Origin: Paraspadella gotoi
Lineage: Eukaryota > Animalia > Chaetognatha
Direction of reading: 5' to 3'
Length of the DNA stretch: 64,000 bases
Assembly: GCA_051294375.1 (NCBI GenBank)
Contig: CM119265.1
Span: 12,698,582-12,762,581, forward strand
A program made the position numbers and the translations under genes. Positions within the stretch are counted from its first letter, which is position 1, and the number at the start of each line of letters is the position of its first letter. Positions 1 through 28,602 of this stretch are shown piece after piece. Below the pieces are notes generated by a model. That model worked only from the letters and a program-made list of their open reading frames with translations, did no database searches and was not told the origin of the DNA.

Positions 1-15768
<15,768 letters not shown>

Positions 15769-16460
15769 ACAGCTAATAATATAAATAAAAAATCTTCGTA
15801 GTATTGTATACTATAGTGTTCTTTGATGTACTATGCTATACTATATTTTACTATACTCTACAATGTCTCGGTTCCGTTGATAAGGGAAGAGCGATAAACG
15901 TGTTTTCTCGTAAAGCTGCGATGCGTCTCGACATAAACCAGTGAAAAAGGTACAACAAACGAAAGTCAATCCCGTTGACCTCGAACAACTTGAGCTCATT
16001 TTCTTTTTTCCCCCCTTTAGAGCTTCGCTTACTTTTTCGTGGTAAGATAAAGAGTAAGTAACCTTGGCAACCGTTCTTGGTTTTTGTGGACGTCGACATT
16101 AACGACAATATCGAAAAGTAAGAATTCACTTGACAGTTGACACCAAACTGCGACTTTACGTTTTAATTTATTTCACCTGTCAACCGAAAACCTCACCTCT
16201 TTCCTTCGCACTTACCCGTTTTCCTTCTCACCGCCTCCTTGAACGACCTCTACNNNNNNNNNNNNNNNNNNNNNNNNNNNNNNNNNNNNNNNNNNNNNNN
16301 NNNNNNNNNNNNNNNNNNNNNNNNNNNNNNNNNNNNNNNNNNNNNNNNNNNNNNNNNNNNNNNNNNNNNNNNNNNNNNNNNNNNNNNNNNNNNNNNNNNN
16401 NNNNNNNNNNNNNNNNNNNNNNNNNNNNNNNNNNNNNNNNNNNNNNNNNNNNNNNNNNNN

Positions 16461-16600
16461 GTGGAATGGAGGCGGAAAAAGGCGAACCAGGAGTGGAAAA
16501 CGGTGGAATAGAGGCGGAAAAATGCGAGCCAGGAGTGGAAAACGGTGAAATGAAGACGGAAAAAGGCGACCCAGGAGTGGAAATCGGTGGAATTGTAGGG
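16461..16600. repeat. 42-bp minisatellite, at least 3 copies, running into an N-gap
   Basis: The unit gtggaatggaggcggaaaaaggcgaaccaggagtggaaaacg is repeated with substitutions; the gap at 16254-16460 probably hides more copies. Confidence 0.85.
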
Positions 16601-17390
16601 GAAGAAAGAAGGAACACTCGCGGAATATATAAGAAAAAGTTGCGAAAAAGGGGGAGGAACTGTACGGAAAGAGAGACTGTTGGTGGAAAATGGACCATGC
16701 ATCAATGATCAGGTAGAACATCTCTGATGGAAAAAGGTAGACCGGCAGTGCGAAGATGATAAATCAAGAAGGGTTAAAAATTGAAGGAACCAGCGAGAAT
16801 TAGAATAACAGGGTTTAAAGTGGTTAATGTTTCTGAAAATCTGAAAAGAATAAAATAAATAAAATAAAATAAATTTTAACCAAAAGACTTTTTAGGTTAA
16901 GATTATAAAGATGCAGCAAATATATTAGAAAAAAGATCAAGTTGAATAAGGTTATTCTTAATTCGAAAGGTGAGCAGAAAGTAGTCCCACCTCTTGAGTT
17001 TCTAGCGTCGAAAGAATTATTCTGGCGAGAATTTATCAATGTCATTGTAACTATAGAAAATCCCGAAAAAGAGTCGATCGTTTGTCGTGGTCGTTGCTCG
17101 TCGTCTTCACGATCCGAGTTTCTATTAGTCGCTATAAGATGGTTGCCAGTTTAAGTAAATCTGTAAATCCATGATATCTGAATCGGACGCCTGATTAAAA
17201 TTTACTGACATGATATCATGATATTGAGCACTTTCTAATTTTTCATCAATCATCAGAATTCTTTTTTTTTTTAAATTCGATGATCAATTGGTTTTTCAAC
17301 AAAACAGAAGCTTGAATACATTGACTCGAATTTTTCACGCTTCCTTATTACTTACTAAACGCGAGACCGACACTACCACTTACCACTTAC

Positions 17391-17569
17391 CCTCACTCTC
17401 ACCGCACGCTTCACCCTCCGATCCGACGATCATTAAAAACCCGCGACGATAAACTGGTAAGTTCGAGCTTCGACAAATAGGGAAGACCGAATGTTATTGG
17501 CCTCATTTCCGACGAACCCTTTTCGCTCACGGGTGGGGAGTGTAAACACCCATTTTGGTAACGCGTCCC
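17391..17569 (-). CDS. Putative exon of the IgSF gene encoding the C-terminal half of an FN3 domain (contains apparent indel errors)
   Basis: Acceptor caccag and donor gtaagt. Translation DALPKWVF...VEARTYQFIVAGF(N)..G.EG resembles the FN3 motif L.x.x.T.Y.F.V.A.N..G.G, but needs 1-2 frameshift corrections. Confidence 0.45.
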
Positions 17570-17731
17570 CTGGTGTTCGAAACGAAGGCCTCCGTTCGAT
17601 GACTTTTTTCCAGTTCGTTTACAAAATTTTTTTCCATGAACGAAACTGAAAAATCCCTGTTTGGCTATCCACGTTTGCCAGCCGATGTTCTTCTTTCGTG
17701 CAAATTAGCAGTCAGTCCCGCTACTTTCTTC

Positions 17732-17769
<38 letters not shown>

Positions 17770-17899
17770 TCTCTCTCTCTCTCTCTGCTCTCTCTTCTCT
17801 CTCTTCCTTTCCCTCATCACTCCCACGAGAAGATGCGCGCGAGGAAAAATCTTTTTATGATCGACAAATTTTTTTTCATGGCCATGATTTTTTTCCTCG

Positions 17900-17975
<76 letters not shown>

Positions 17976-17981
17976 TCTCTT

Positions 17982-18025
<44 letters not shown>

Positions 18026-18809
18026 TCTGCTTCGCAGTCGGCGACGTTATGTCGATGATGATGACGACGATGATGAAGTTGCCGAAACGACCGCATGGCG
18101 AAACGACCGACTACCGTATGACGACGATGGCGAGGACGACGACGACGATGACAACTACGACGACGAATAGCGCAATAATTCGATCTCCCTCAGAGAAGTC
18201 GAGTCCTTTTCAAGCGTTGATTCCCCCCCCCCCACCTTCCTTTGGCTTCATCGCCGACATTTTTTTTCCTTTGTACCTTAGCACTATTACTTTACCTCAG
18301 CCATACTGCCTTAAGTAATAGTATTAAAGAGGCTTTTTATTACGAAATCATTCAATCATTACATCTAATATAACAATTATTCATTCATTCAAAGAATAAG
18401 TTATCATGCTTCTTGAAAGGATATCGTGTGTTGAAACCTCCAGCCCCTTACAAGTTAATGACATAGCCATAAGCCATGACATGACATGACATTAGCCATA
18501 ATCAAGACTGTCCCACAGTCAACTCAAATCCCAGAGTGTTTGGCTTCCTTAAAAATGAAATGGCATAATACTACTAATTTTGTTTTCACCCGTTTTACTT
18601 GTAATTGAGTTAAAAACCCACTCACTTAAGGCCGACCATTCGTCTGTGCTTCAAACAAATACCCGAGTTAGTGCCTCACTTAACCCCCAATCCGCACCTT
18701 TTAAAAATCACATTCTCAAATGAATCGGTAAAATAACTGCTTTGCCCTTGAGGAAACTGCCGCTTCAGCACCTGATTTCAACTGTTTTCCTCTCACCTTA
18801 AAATAGATA

Positions 18810-19090
18810 CTTTGCCCCGCCCGCACGTTAAAGAACTGCTTGGCCTCATCTAGGACGGCTCTCACCTAAAAAAATTCTTCCCAGTCCGCACCTAAAAAGA
18901 ACTGCGAATCCCCAACGATACCTAGAAGGTTTTGTCTTGCCTGCATCGAAAATCGTCTGCCTTTCCCACAACTAAAAAAAACTGCCTTGCCCGCACCTAA
19001 AAAGAACTGCTTAGCCCGCACCTAAAAAGAACTACCAAGCCCGCACCTAAAAAGAACTGCCTTGCCCGCACCTAAAAAGAACTGCCTCGC
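18810..19090. repeat. 25-bp minisatellite (gcccgcacctaaaaagaactgcctt), about 4 near-perfect copies plus degenerate upstream copies
   Basis: Directly visible at 18980-19090; degenerate versions extend back to ~18690-18810. Confidence 0.85.
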
Positions 19091-19404
19091 CAAGGTCGCG
19101 GATTTCGTTAATGATCTCATAGACGCCGAGCTGTCTTTTTTTTTTCTTGCCGCCAGGAGGCGGGGAGCGAGGGTTGAGCGGTCCGAAGGGGGGACCAAAC
19201 GGTTTGGTTGTGACTCGAGGGTAAGTTTAAAGCTGAAAACGATAAGGGAGTGAGGCAAAAAAATTAAGTATGGTCTGAGGTGAGAATTGAGATCCGAGGA
19301 ATAGGAAAGAAATCACGTCGAGCAGGTCGAAAGAAAAAAGCGAGGGAAGGGCCTTGGGGTAGGACTGGGCGGAGCGGCGGAGCGTCGGAGCGTCGGAGCC
19401 TTAC

Positions 19405-19454
19405 CTTTCGAGATGACGAGTCGAACGAAACGATTGAGGAGAAGTAAGTGGCTG
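19405..19454 (-). CDS. Putative small exon of the IgSF gene (possible Ig G-strand, SHLLLLNRFVRLVISK)
   Basis: NAGNAG acceptor (aacagcag) downstream of a long pyrimidine tract and a strong donor AAG|gtaagg. Phase-compatible with the 20588-20630 candidate, but the reading frame is not certain. Confidence 0.35.
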
Positions 19455-20457
19455 CTGTTTATAGGCAAGGAGATTTATGAGACTGAGCAGAGAGACGGAG
19501 AGAGACGGGCTAGAAATAAAAAGGAATAAAACGAGAAAGAAGGAAGAGAAGGGGGGAGAGAGAGGGAGAGAGATAGGGAAGAAGGGAGGGAGAGGTCGGC
19601 CTCTAATTTCGGTCAGAATAGGCGCCACGTCAAGCGTTATTGACAAGACTTCCGGCGAGGAAAACTAGGACGTCTTTCTCTGGAAGTCGAGCCAGTGAAG
19701 GATGAGAAAAAAATGTGAAAGGAAGGGAGCGTGAAGAAATGTGAAGGAAAAGCGGGAAGAGAAGAGGAGAGAGCGAATTGTGAAGCGAAAAGTGGAATAA
19801 AATTGTCAAAAGAAGGAGAAAGGAGTTGAATAAAATCAAATCAATAAATTGTGAAAAGAGAATCTGAGAAAAGAATTTGAAAAGCCGGAGAAAAAGCTTT
19901 TCAAAGGAAACGAAAGGGAAGTTTAAAACTGAAAAAAAAAAATCAAGATGGGGATTAAAAAAGATTTGAAAGAAATAGTAGTAACTTTACGCCGACAAAA
20001 AAGTATTGAATAGTAAGAAAGCTGAAGTAAAAAAAAGTTGGCGGTAAATTGAACCTTAAAAAGGGAAAAAATTAATAAAACAAATTTGATCAAAATAGGA
20101 AACCAACTTAACTGAAACCCAAATTAACAGAAATTCAAACAAAAAGTGTCTCTAATTCTAAATTGGATCACCTGTGAAAAGATGAATTGTGAATCGGGGC
20201 GTTGAATCGATAAACTTATAAGTTTGGCTTGGCCTAAGAATAAGAGAGTCTTAACTCAAGATGGCGACTCTTCTTTAAAAATTGTTTTCGTGACTTTATT
20301 AGGAGAGATTATTACCGTGTGCTTTAGGCCACATTAATTCAGGTTTCATTAATTTATTAATTCCTTAGAACCTTTACTTATAAATTCTAATTCTCTTTTT
20401 CGTATTCTTACTCATTTTCTTACTCATTTTCTTTTTCATTTTCTACATTTCATGATT

Positions 20458-20549
<92 letters not shown>

Positions 20550-20587
20550 TCCTTCCCTCCCTTTCTCTATCCAACATTGAAAGCCAC

Positions 20588-20630
20588 CCAAAACAAGTCC
20601 AGACCCCGAAAAGGGGGTCAGCCACGGCGA
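20588..20630 (-). CDS. Putative small exon of the IgSF gene (Ig F-strand-like VAVADPLFGVWTCF)
   Basis: Pyrimidine tract plus aag acceptor; FGVWTC resembles the DxGxYxC motif; phase 1 joins the 22392-22472 candidate. The donor gtggct is weak. Confidence 0.35.
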
Positions 20631-21762
20631 CTTTGAGACAAACGGTTATGAAGAGAAGAAGGAAAAAGAAAAGGGATAAATCAAAGGAGGAGGAGGAGAA
20701 GGAGGAGGAGGAGGAGGAGAAGAAGGGGGACGATCTAGCAAACAAAAGGGCAAAGGGGAGTAAGCAATCCGCGTCGCCAGTAACGCGAACAACGGTAAGA
20801 GTTGTTTTTGTTTACCGGTTGAAAGCAATAGTATTTATTGATTCATTTTTATGATTATTCAGATGATTATGATTATTATGATTATTTTGCAGATACTGAT
20901 GATAGTTTTCAAAAATTCGTATTATATCGACGAAGATATTATGATATTATATAAATGGCGTATTTAATAACGAAGGAGTCTTGATTGAAAGCTTGCAGGG
21001 ACTTGCTATGTCATTTTCTTGTAAGAGTGATGGAGGCCTTAAACCACCAAAGCCTGTCCAAAGTCAGGGGCAAGATAGCTTATTAATTAAATGAATGGAT
21101 AATTTTTATATGGGTTGTACAAATTTCATAAATTAATAATAATATTATAATATTTTAACGAGTAACACCGCGCCGACGACTATAGAGGCGAATACGACGA
21201 CGCCGACTGAGGCGAGAAAGCTCTGAATAAAAAAATACCCGGTTTTCTCCCCATAATCTCTTAAACAAACACGATCTCTTCATATAAGAAGAAGATTTGA
21301 TTCGCGCCCACGCCTTCGCAACGTCGTTTTCGTCGTCGTCGCCGTCGTCCTTATGGCAGATAGGTACGATAAAATAAGTTTTAATAAAATATCATGTGAA
21401 ATGTATCGAGAATTTTAGAATATTTAAATTATTTACGCCGCTTACTCAAAAGCCAAAGATCTAAAAGGTATCTTTTTTTTCACACAAAAGGACCCTTTTC
21501 GGGCGAGGGACGAAATAAAGTTCACTACTCGTATGTAGAATTTGTAGAGGGATCGTTGTGAGAGCCTCTCTGGCGCCGGTTTGCGGTTTTAAAAGTGGAG
21601 CAGCGCCCATTTAGGCGCAGAGCAAAATGGAGAAACCCATAAATCGCGATCGTAAAAGAAAAAAAATTGGAGAATATTCATTTCTTCTTTGAACAAAATG
21701 GAGGAGATTTCCTTGACGAGATTTTATGAACAAATCGATTCTCCCTTTCAAGGCGTGAGGGC

Positions 21763-21804
<42 letters not shown>

Positions 21805-21996
21805 ACACACAAACGCACTCACACTCTCTCGGGATATACAGTATACATCACAACCGGAAATGAAGAAAGGAGAAAAGAGGAAAGAGTCGCGAATAGATTT
21901 CGTGCTCGGCGGATTTTTCTTCTTCCATCTGGTCCAACTTATTTTCGACTGAATTCCCGTTTCTTCCCGAAACATTTTTTTTTTCTCCTTTTCTCT

Positions 21997-22046
<50 letters not shown>

Positions 22047-22391
22047 CTCTCCTCTCATCTCTCTCTCTCTCTCTCTCTCTCCTTTCTTTTTTCACACTTT
22101 CTCTCCCTCTTATCTTTGTCTTCTCTCGATGGCGAGAGATTCTTAGGCAGAAGTTAATGTCTACCGACGTCGGTTGTTTACTGGTTTTGATTCTCCTTTC
22201 ACTCGCAATCGTTTCCATCGTCGTNNNNNNNNNNGTCGTCGTCGTCGTCGGTGCAGTTCTCATCGTCGTCGTCTTTTTGTCTCTAGGAGAAACGCCTGCG
22301 CTCCCCATTTATTGCGGATGTCTGGTCTTTTTTTTCACAAATCCTTGCATCTGTCGCCACCCGAATCGATTTCAATCGCATCTGCATCCAC

Positions 22392-22472
22392 CTTCTGCCA
22401 AACGACTTTTCCTCACGACTCGTCTGTTGACGTCTTTCCAGAAGAAGGAGTGTTTTGGACTTTGGAGATCAG
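22392..22472 (-). CDS. Putative exon of the IgSF gene (Ig C-strand-like xDLQSPKHSFFWKDVNRRVVRKSRLAE)
   Basis: ccacag acceptor; 81 bp, open, phase 1-1; conserved-type Trp (FFWKD). The donor gtggat is weak. Confidence 0.4.
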
Positions 22473-25019
22473 CTGTGGTATAAATCTAAAGGCATGGCAT
22501 GGGACAAGGAGGATAAGATTTATATTTCCAATTTCCATTTAAAGCCTAGAACTGCGTCTACACTCGAGGCGTCGGCCGTACGGATTATATGTTTTAACGT
22601 AGGTAGCTTAATTTGTTGTCAACGTGACTACTACTTTATACTAACAATACCTGGTACCCTTAACTTTCTTGTTCATCACGGAAAAAAAGTTTAAAAATTT
22701 TTACCTTCCTCTGTTCTTATATTTTACGTATACAGTACCGGTCTTGGCTTTCATTCATAAGTCCAGCCGGAAGCTATATCTTCTATAATAATGAATGGAA
22801 TGACTTGATATGCATGTGTGGGATGGAACTCGGTATGGTCTATTCCCCATTCTATATTTCAAAAAAAAAATTTGAAGTTTTGTTTTGACCATCATTTTTT
22901 TAAAAAAATTTAATTTGCATACTGTGCTCAAAATACTTGTACGATATAATTTTTTTTCTCAGTAAAAATTACTCTAACATTACTTGTCTAATGGTAAAGT
23001 GTTAGGCTGAAAAAAAAATATTATTTATAATTATTGCCAATAGTTTGCTAATTAATAATAATTAGCTTATTATTTATTTTTATTTATTAGTTAAACTTTT
23101 TATTATAGAAATTAATAGTTGATTGATAGACAATTTTATCCTGTAATCAAATTATAATTTTTTTATAATTAACTAAATAGTGATTTAATATATTACTACA
23201 AAATATGATTTTTTGATAAATAATATTTTTAAAAAAAATTTATGCCAAACTATTGGTGAAATGTTACTGATTACAAATATATAAATTTTTTTAAATTTGG
23301 ATAACCCTTTAACGAAATACAGCCCCAAAAAAGCCCTAAAAATGGTTAAAAACACCTATTTTTTAAACCTTTCTAAAAACTGCAATAACACGAATTTTCA
23401 ACTCAATTTTGTAAGGTATGTTAGAATTGATAGTATTTTATTGCCTGAAAAAATCAGAGATGTAGTAATAATTTTTACCTAATTATACAGATTAAATAGG
23501 GAGACGTCCTAAGAAATTCAGGTAATTTTAAATTTTGCTGAGGTCATCTAAGTTTTCTCGTATTTTTTTTTCTCTTTGTGTTCTTTCTTCTTTTATTACC
23601 TCTCCCTTTTTTTACTTCATTCTCTCTCTCTTTAAAAAATGAAGAAAAGTAGTGAATTTTATCAAGGATATGATGCGCTTTCAAAAACGGAAGTGCCGGA
23701 GGAGGGCGATATAGTAGGATCAGTGATATCACTAATACAGAATAATTTCATGTAATGTCTGCTTGTTTCGAATGAAACTTTGCAGAGTAGTGATCAACAA
23801 TAAGATGTTTGTTATACATAAATATCTTAGTTATGTAGTCAGTGTTGGAATACACTGAGTATTGCAGCGAACGCATAGTGGATTAACACGCTTTAGCACA
23901 ACCTCTTTAGTATAACCTTAAACGTTACGTTTACTTGTTTTTAACTTTTGTTTTATCAAACAAATGATCAACTCTAATCATCAGTAAATAGCTGATTCAT
24001 AAGTTTCATCTCCATCTAGCTTAGAATCCGATTTTCAAGATAACAAATAATTAAAAACTGACTTCAAATCTCAGCAGTTATTAATTTAATATTACTCTCC
24101 GGTTATTGTCTTATTATTTTACTGAGTCTTTTAATTAATTACATAATTGATTGATTGTTTGTTCATGTAGATATTCAGATTTCTTGCTGGAAAAGTAATA
24201 TGAATATCTATATGCTTTGATTATTTTATAAGGTCAACATACTTATTACATTAACCAAGCAAGTGCGTTACATTGAACTTTTACCTCAAGCTGATAAACT
24301 TTCCTACGCCACGAGCGTCAACGTAGCGCCTCTTTCTTTTTTCTTTTTTTTTTCTTTCTTTCTTTTTTCTTTCTATGACTATCGGTCACTCTATCAAATT
24401 TGTACACAATAAAAAGAAAAAGAAATGGAAATGACTTTGAATGGAAAACATAAGTCACATTTAGTTTAATCTTTTTACTAATTTCAACATATAATTACAC
24501 AAATTAATTATAATTAGATGGATAGAAGATCAGATAATATTTTTGTGTGGGTAGGAAAGTTTTTAATTGTGTTAAATATAAAGTTTCGATGAAATCGTGC
24601 AAGTGGAAAAGAGTTTAGGTAGAAAAAACAAATCATATTTACCTAAACCTTTTTTAATTATTTTATTTTTTCAAGAATTTCAGTAGATTAACTGATATAA
24701 AATTTTGTGTGTGGGTAAGAAACTGAGTTCATTAAGCTTGCTATAAAGTTTCGATGGAATTGTGCAAGTAAAAATGAGTTTTAATAGAACAAGAACGGTA
24801 ATCAAATGTGTTGTTGCCGCAGTATCTGCCTTATCACATATATTTTTTGTGACATGACATGCATGGATGTTAATATGACATGATCTGATATAACATAACT
24901 TCATGAATACAATAAACTTTCTTAACCCATATATTTAGGACCTGCACTACATCAAAATTCCATCTTTTATTCCTTTTAGTTTTAGGATTTCTGAAGGCGG
25001 CGCTTGCAGTCTTTTAGAT

Positions 25020-25160
25020 TTCAGGTTTTTTTCTGTCTGAACAAATGAGCAACCAAGTGGGACAGACTGACGAACAGACATACCGACCGACCAATGGACT
25101 GACCGACCGACAAGTGACTTATAGAGCTGCTCCTCGAGTACTCACAGCGCAAACTAAAAA
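25020..25160 (+). mobile_element. Possible Helentron/HINE (DINE-1-like) end fragment nested in the Tc1 element
   Basis: A gacagactgacgaacagaca/ccgaccgac microsatellite is followed by gtgacttatagagctgc...actaaaaa, the layout recalled for HINE ends. Recognised by pattern only. Confidence 0.35.
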
Positions 25161-25314
25161 ACAAAAGTTCACTTTTACTGAATTTTATAAAGTCTCTCTC
25201 TATCTCTCTCTTAATCTCACAGATAAAATTGAGGCGACTTACTATCTAGGAAAAAAGTATATAACATAATTCATTTATTTAATAAAAGTACACAAACTTG
25301 TAGGTAAAACATTC

Positions 25315-25390
25315 TTAATATTTGGTATGCCCTTTCTTGGCATCAGAGTACTGCCTGCATTCGTCTGGGCATGCTCTCATACAGCAATTG
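25315..25390 (-). pseudogene. Tc1-family transposase C-terminal remnant
   Basis: The minus strand reads QLLYESMPRRMQAVL/(+1)DAKKGHTKY*, matching the Tc1 C-terminal signature L..SMPRR..AVI.AKG..TKY*. Confidence 0.88.
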
Positions 25391-26090
25391 AGGTATGATA
25401 GTGAAACATTTTTTTACATCTTTAACGCAATTATTTTCAGACCGATATTGATGTTGCATATCTTTCCCTCTTTTCTAAAAAGTATAATAGCACTTTTTTG
25501 AACCAAAAAGAGGTGCAAATAAAATAAAAATAAATAACTAAATACCAAAAATGGAGAAAACTAAATATGATTTTTTTTCGCCAATTTTATTTTGAAGTAA
25601 CAATATTTATTGGCTGTAACTTCTAAATGATTTTACCTACAAAAATGAAAGGAAGCTACAGAAAAAAAATTCAATGTAGATCTGGAAACATTCTAATTTT
25701 TTAAATTCATACAAAATTTAGAAAGATATCCTCTTTATTAAAAATGTTATATACTTTTTTCCTTGATAGTACTACCCGTCTCTCTCACTAAATCCTCTCT
25801 CCTCTTTCTCGCGAGCCGGTCAATCCACACGGTCACTTTGCCCTAGCTTGGCAATTACCTTAGATTGATTCGGACAAAGCAATAGGGCCAAGGGAGACCA
25901 TAAGGTAAAGCCAGTGATGATAAAATGGATCGGAGGAGAGAGAGTTCCTTCACTCCTTTTCAACTTCTCTTACATCGTCCAATACTTCACCGACAAAATC
26001 ATTAATGGCTACTTGTTAAGTTGATTGACTTCTTGAAAGATTTTTTAATGATTTATAAAATAATGGTTAATCATGAAAAAATTATTTTTA

Positions 26091-26512
26091 AAATTATGCA
26101 AGTTTAACCGAATTAGCGCAAGTTGACTAAATTATGACAGTTAACCAAATTATGCCAGTTGACCAAATTATGCAAATTAACTAAATTATGAAAGTTGACA
26201 AATTATGCCAGGTGACCAAATTATGCAAGTTGACCAAATAATGCAACTAGACAAAATTATGCAGTTGCCTAAATTATGCCAGTTAACCAAATTATGCAAG
26301 TTGACTAAAATTATGCCAAATAAACTAAATTATGAAAGTTGACCAAATTTTTTCAAGTTAACAAATTATTCCAGTTGACTAAATTATCTATTTGGACCAA
26401 ATTATGCCAGCCGATAAAATATGTCAGTTGACCAAATTATCCAGTTGACCAAATTATGCCAGCCTGACCAAATTATGCCAGGTGACCAAATTATGCCAGT
26501 TGATCAAATTAT
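26091..26512. repeat. 18-bp minisatellite (aaattatgccagttgacc), roughly 23 copies, inside the Tc1 element
   Basis: Directly visible periodic unit with substitutions and indels. Confidence 0.92.
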
Positions 26513-28157
26513 CGAAGGCAGATCCGATGTTGTTTGCTAACTTTTTTATTCTTTAGTTTGCCTGATTCTACTTTTCTAAAGAAACCTCTTTAAATACGGG
26601 GAAATGAAGGTCCCTAATATTTTGGAATCACAAACACCCTCAAAAATAATTAAAATTAGAAAATTCAGCCTAATCAATAGCACAGTCTCTCACGAGTTAA
26701 AGCTCAAACTGACAGAAAAAATGTCAGAGCGAAAGAGTAGGAATGGGGAGAGAGAGAGAGAGTAGGAAATGGGAGAGAGAGTGAGAGAGAGAGAAAGTAT
26801 AAAGAGAGAGAGAGACACACACACACACAGAGAACGAGAGAGAGAGAGAGAAAGAGAATGAAGAAGGGAAGGTAATACAACATCGCAAAGAAGAAAGAAA
26901 CAAAGAGATAGAAAAAAAATACGAGAAAACTTGAACGAACCTCAGCAAATTCAAAATTACCTGAAATTCTTAGGACGTCTCCATATTAATCTGTATAGTT
27001 AGTTAAAAATTATTACTACGTCTCGGATTTTTTCAGCCATAAAATACTACCAATTCTAATATACATTACAAAATTTGAGTTGAAAATTTGTGTTATTGCA
27101 GTTTTTAGAAAGGTTTAAAAAATAGGTGTTTTTAACCATTTTTTAGGGCTTTTTTTGGGCTGTATTTCGTTTAAAGGGTTATCCAAATTTGAAAAAATTT
27201 ATATATTTGTAATCAGTAACATTTCACCAATAGTTTGGCATAAACATTTTTTTTAAAAATATTATTATCAAAAAAATCATTTTTGTAGTAATATATTAAA
27301 AATCAACTATTTAGGTAATTATAAAAAAATTATAATTTGATTACAGGAATAAAATTGTCTATCAATCAACTATTAATTTCTATAATAAAAAGTTTAACTA
27401 ATAAATAAAAAATAAATAATAAGCTAATTTTATATTAATAGCAACTATGCATAAATTTAATAAATATATTTTTTTTTTCAGCCTAACACTTATACCATTA
27501 GACTAAGTAATGTTAGAGTAATTTTTACTGAGAAAAAAAATTATATCGTTCAAGTATTTTGAGCACAGTATGCAAATTAAATTTTTTTAAAAAATGATGT
27601 GTCAAAACAAAACTTCAAATTTTTTTTTTAAATATTAGAATGGGAATAGACCATACGAGTTCCATCCCACACATGCATATCAAGTCATTCCATTAATTAT
27701 TATGGAAGATATAGCTCCTCTGCGACTATGAGGAAAGCCAAGACCGGTACTGTATTCAATTTGTTATTTTAATTAGCGAAGAAATTCTTTGTTCATTCTT
27801 AACCAGTTTAGTATCAATTTAGCCTCACCCTTTTTCATCCTTTGATCTTTTTTAACTTATCACAGATTCTCAATTGTCCATTGTTGGATGTCCACTGTCC
27901 TAATCTAGACATACTCTCTGATATCTCTCCCCCTCTTCCCTCCCTCCACCCACCCCCATTTTGCTCTTTTCCTCCTCCCTCCGCCATCATAATAACCGTT
28001 TCATCCCCACAGGCGATAAAACTTGTGGCGAAAGGCAAACCCATGGTGAGAAGCGGACGGACGGAAAAAAAGGATGAACGGAGAAGCGAAGAAGCGGAGA
28101 GAGAGAAGCGGTCGGAAGAGAAGAAAGAGTGAAGAGGTTAAGTAGGGCAAACCCAAC

Positions 28158-28201
28158 GGTCGGCGGGTAGCGAATGACAAAAAGCAATGAGTACCGCGAA
28201 G
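28158..28201 (-). CDS. Putative small exon of the IgSF gene (Ig G-strand/linker xSRYSLLFVIRYPPT)
   Basis: Branch-like ttctaat, a T-rich tract and a cctag acceptor; V.YPP is the typical inter-Ig linker. The donor gttggg is modest. Confidence 0.5.
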
Positions 28202-28562
28202 CTAGGGGTCGGAATAAAGCAAACAGAAAAAAAAAAGCATTGATTAGAAGCAAGAGAGGAGCGAGTGGCAAGTAGGGAGCAGGCAATGATTAGCTGGGAG
28301 AAAATGGGCAAACGGGAAGCGATCGAATGTTAGAATTCCCGAGATATTCCACCGGCGGTTGATCCTCTCTAAAAAGCCCACCCTCGATCTTCTTCTTCTT
28401 CTTCTTCTTCTTCTTCTTCTTCTTNNNNNNNNNNCGAAATCTCCCCATCAGTCGATGAAAATCCTTTATTATAACCGGCGAGTGATTGGCACGTTTCATT
28501 CCCTCAAGATGGAGATTTACAGAGGAAAGCTTTCCCACTTTTTTCCCCCCAACGGCTGTAGG

Positions 28563-28602
<40 letters not shown>

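Larger units (their letters stand above)
22733..27752 (-). mobile_element. Non-autonomous Tc1/mariner DNA transposon with ~900-bp terminal inverted repeats
   Basis: Termini TA|CAGTACCGGTCTTGGCTTTC...GAAAGCCAAGACCGGTACTG|TA give a TA duplication at 22731-22732 and 27753-27754. The inverted match continues from 22733 to ~23630 against ~26840-27752. An internal transposase C-terminal remnant is present. Confidence 0.92.

Noticed and set aside
26091-26512. 18-bp, 25-bp, 16-bp and 42-bp arrays as CRISPR arrays
   Set aside because: The units are head-to-tail with no unique spacers, there are no cas genes, and the context is eukaryotic.
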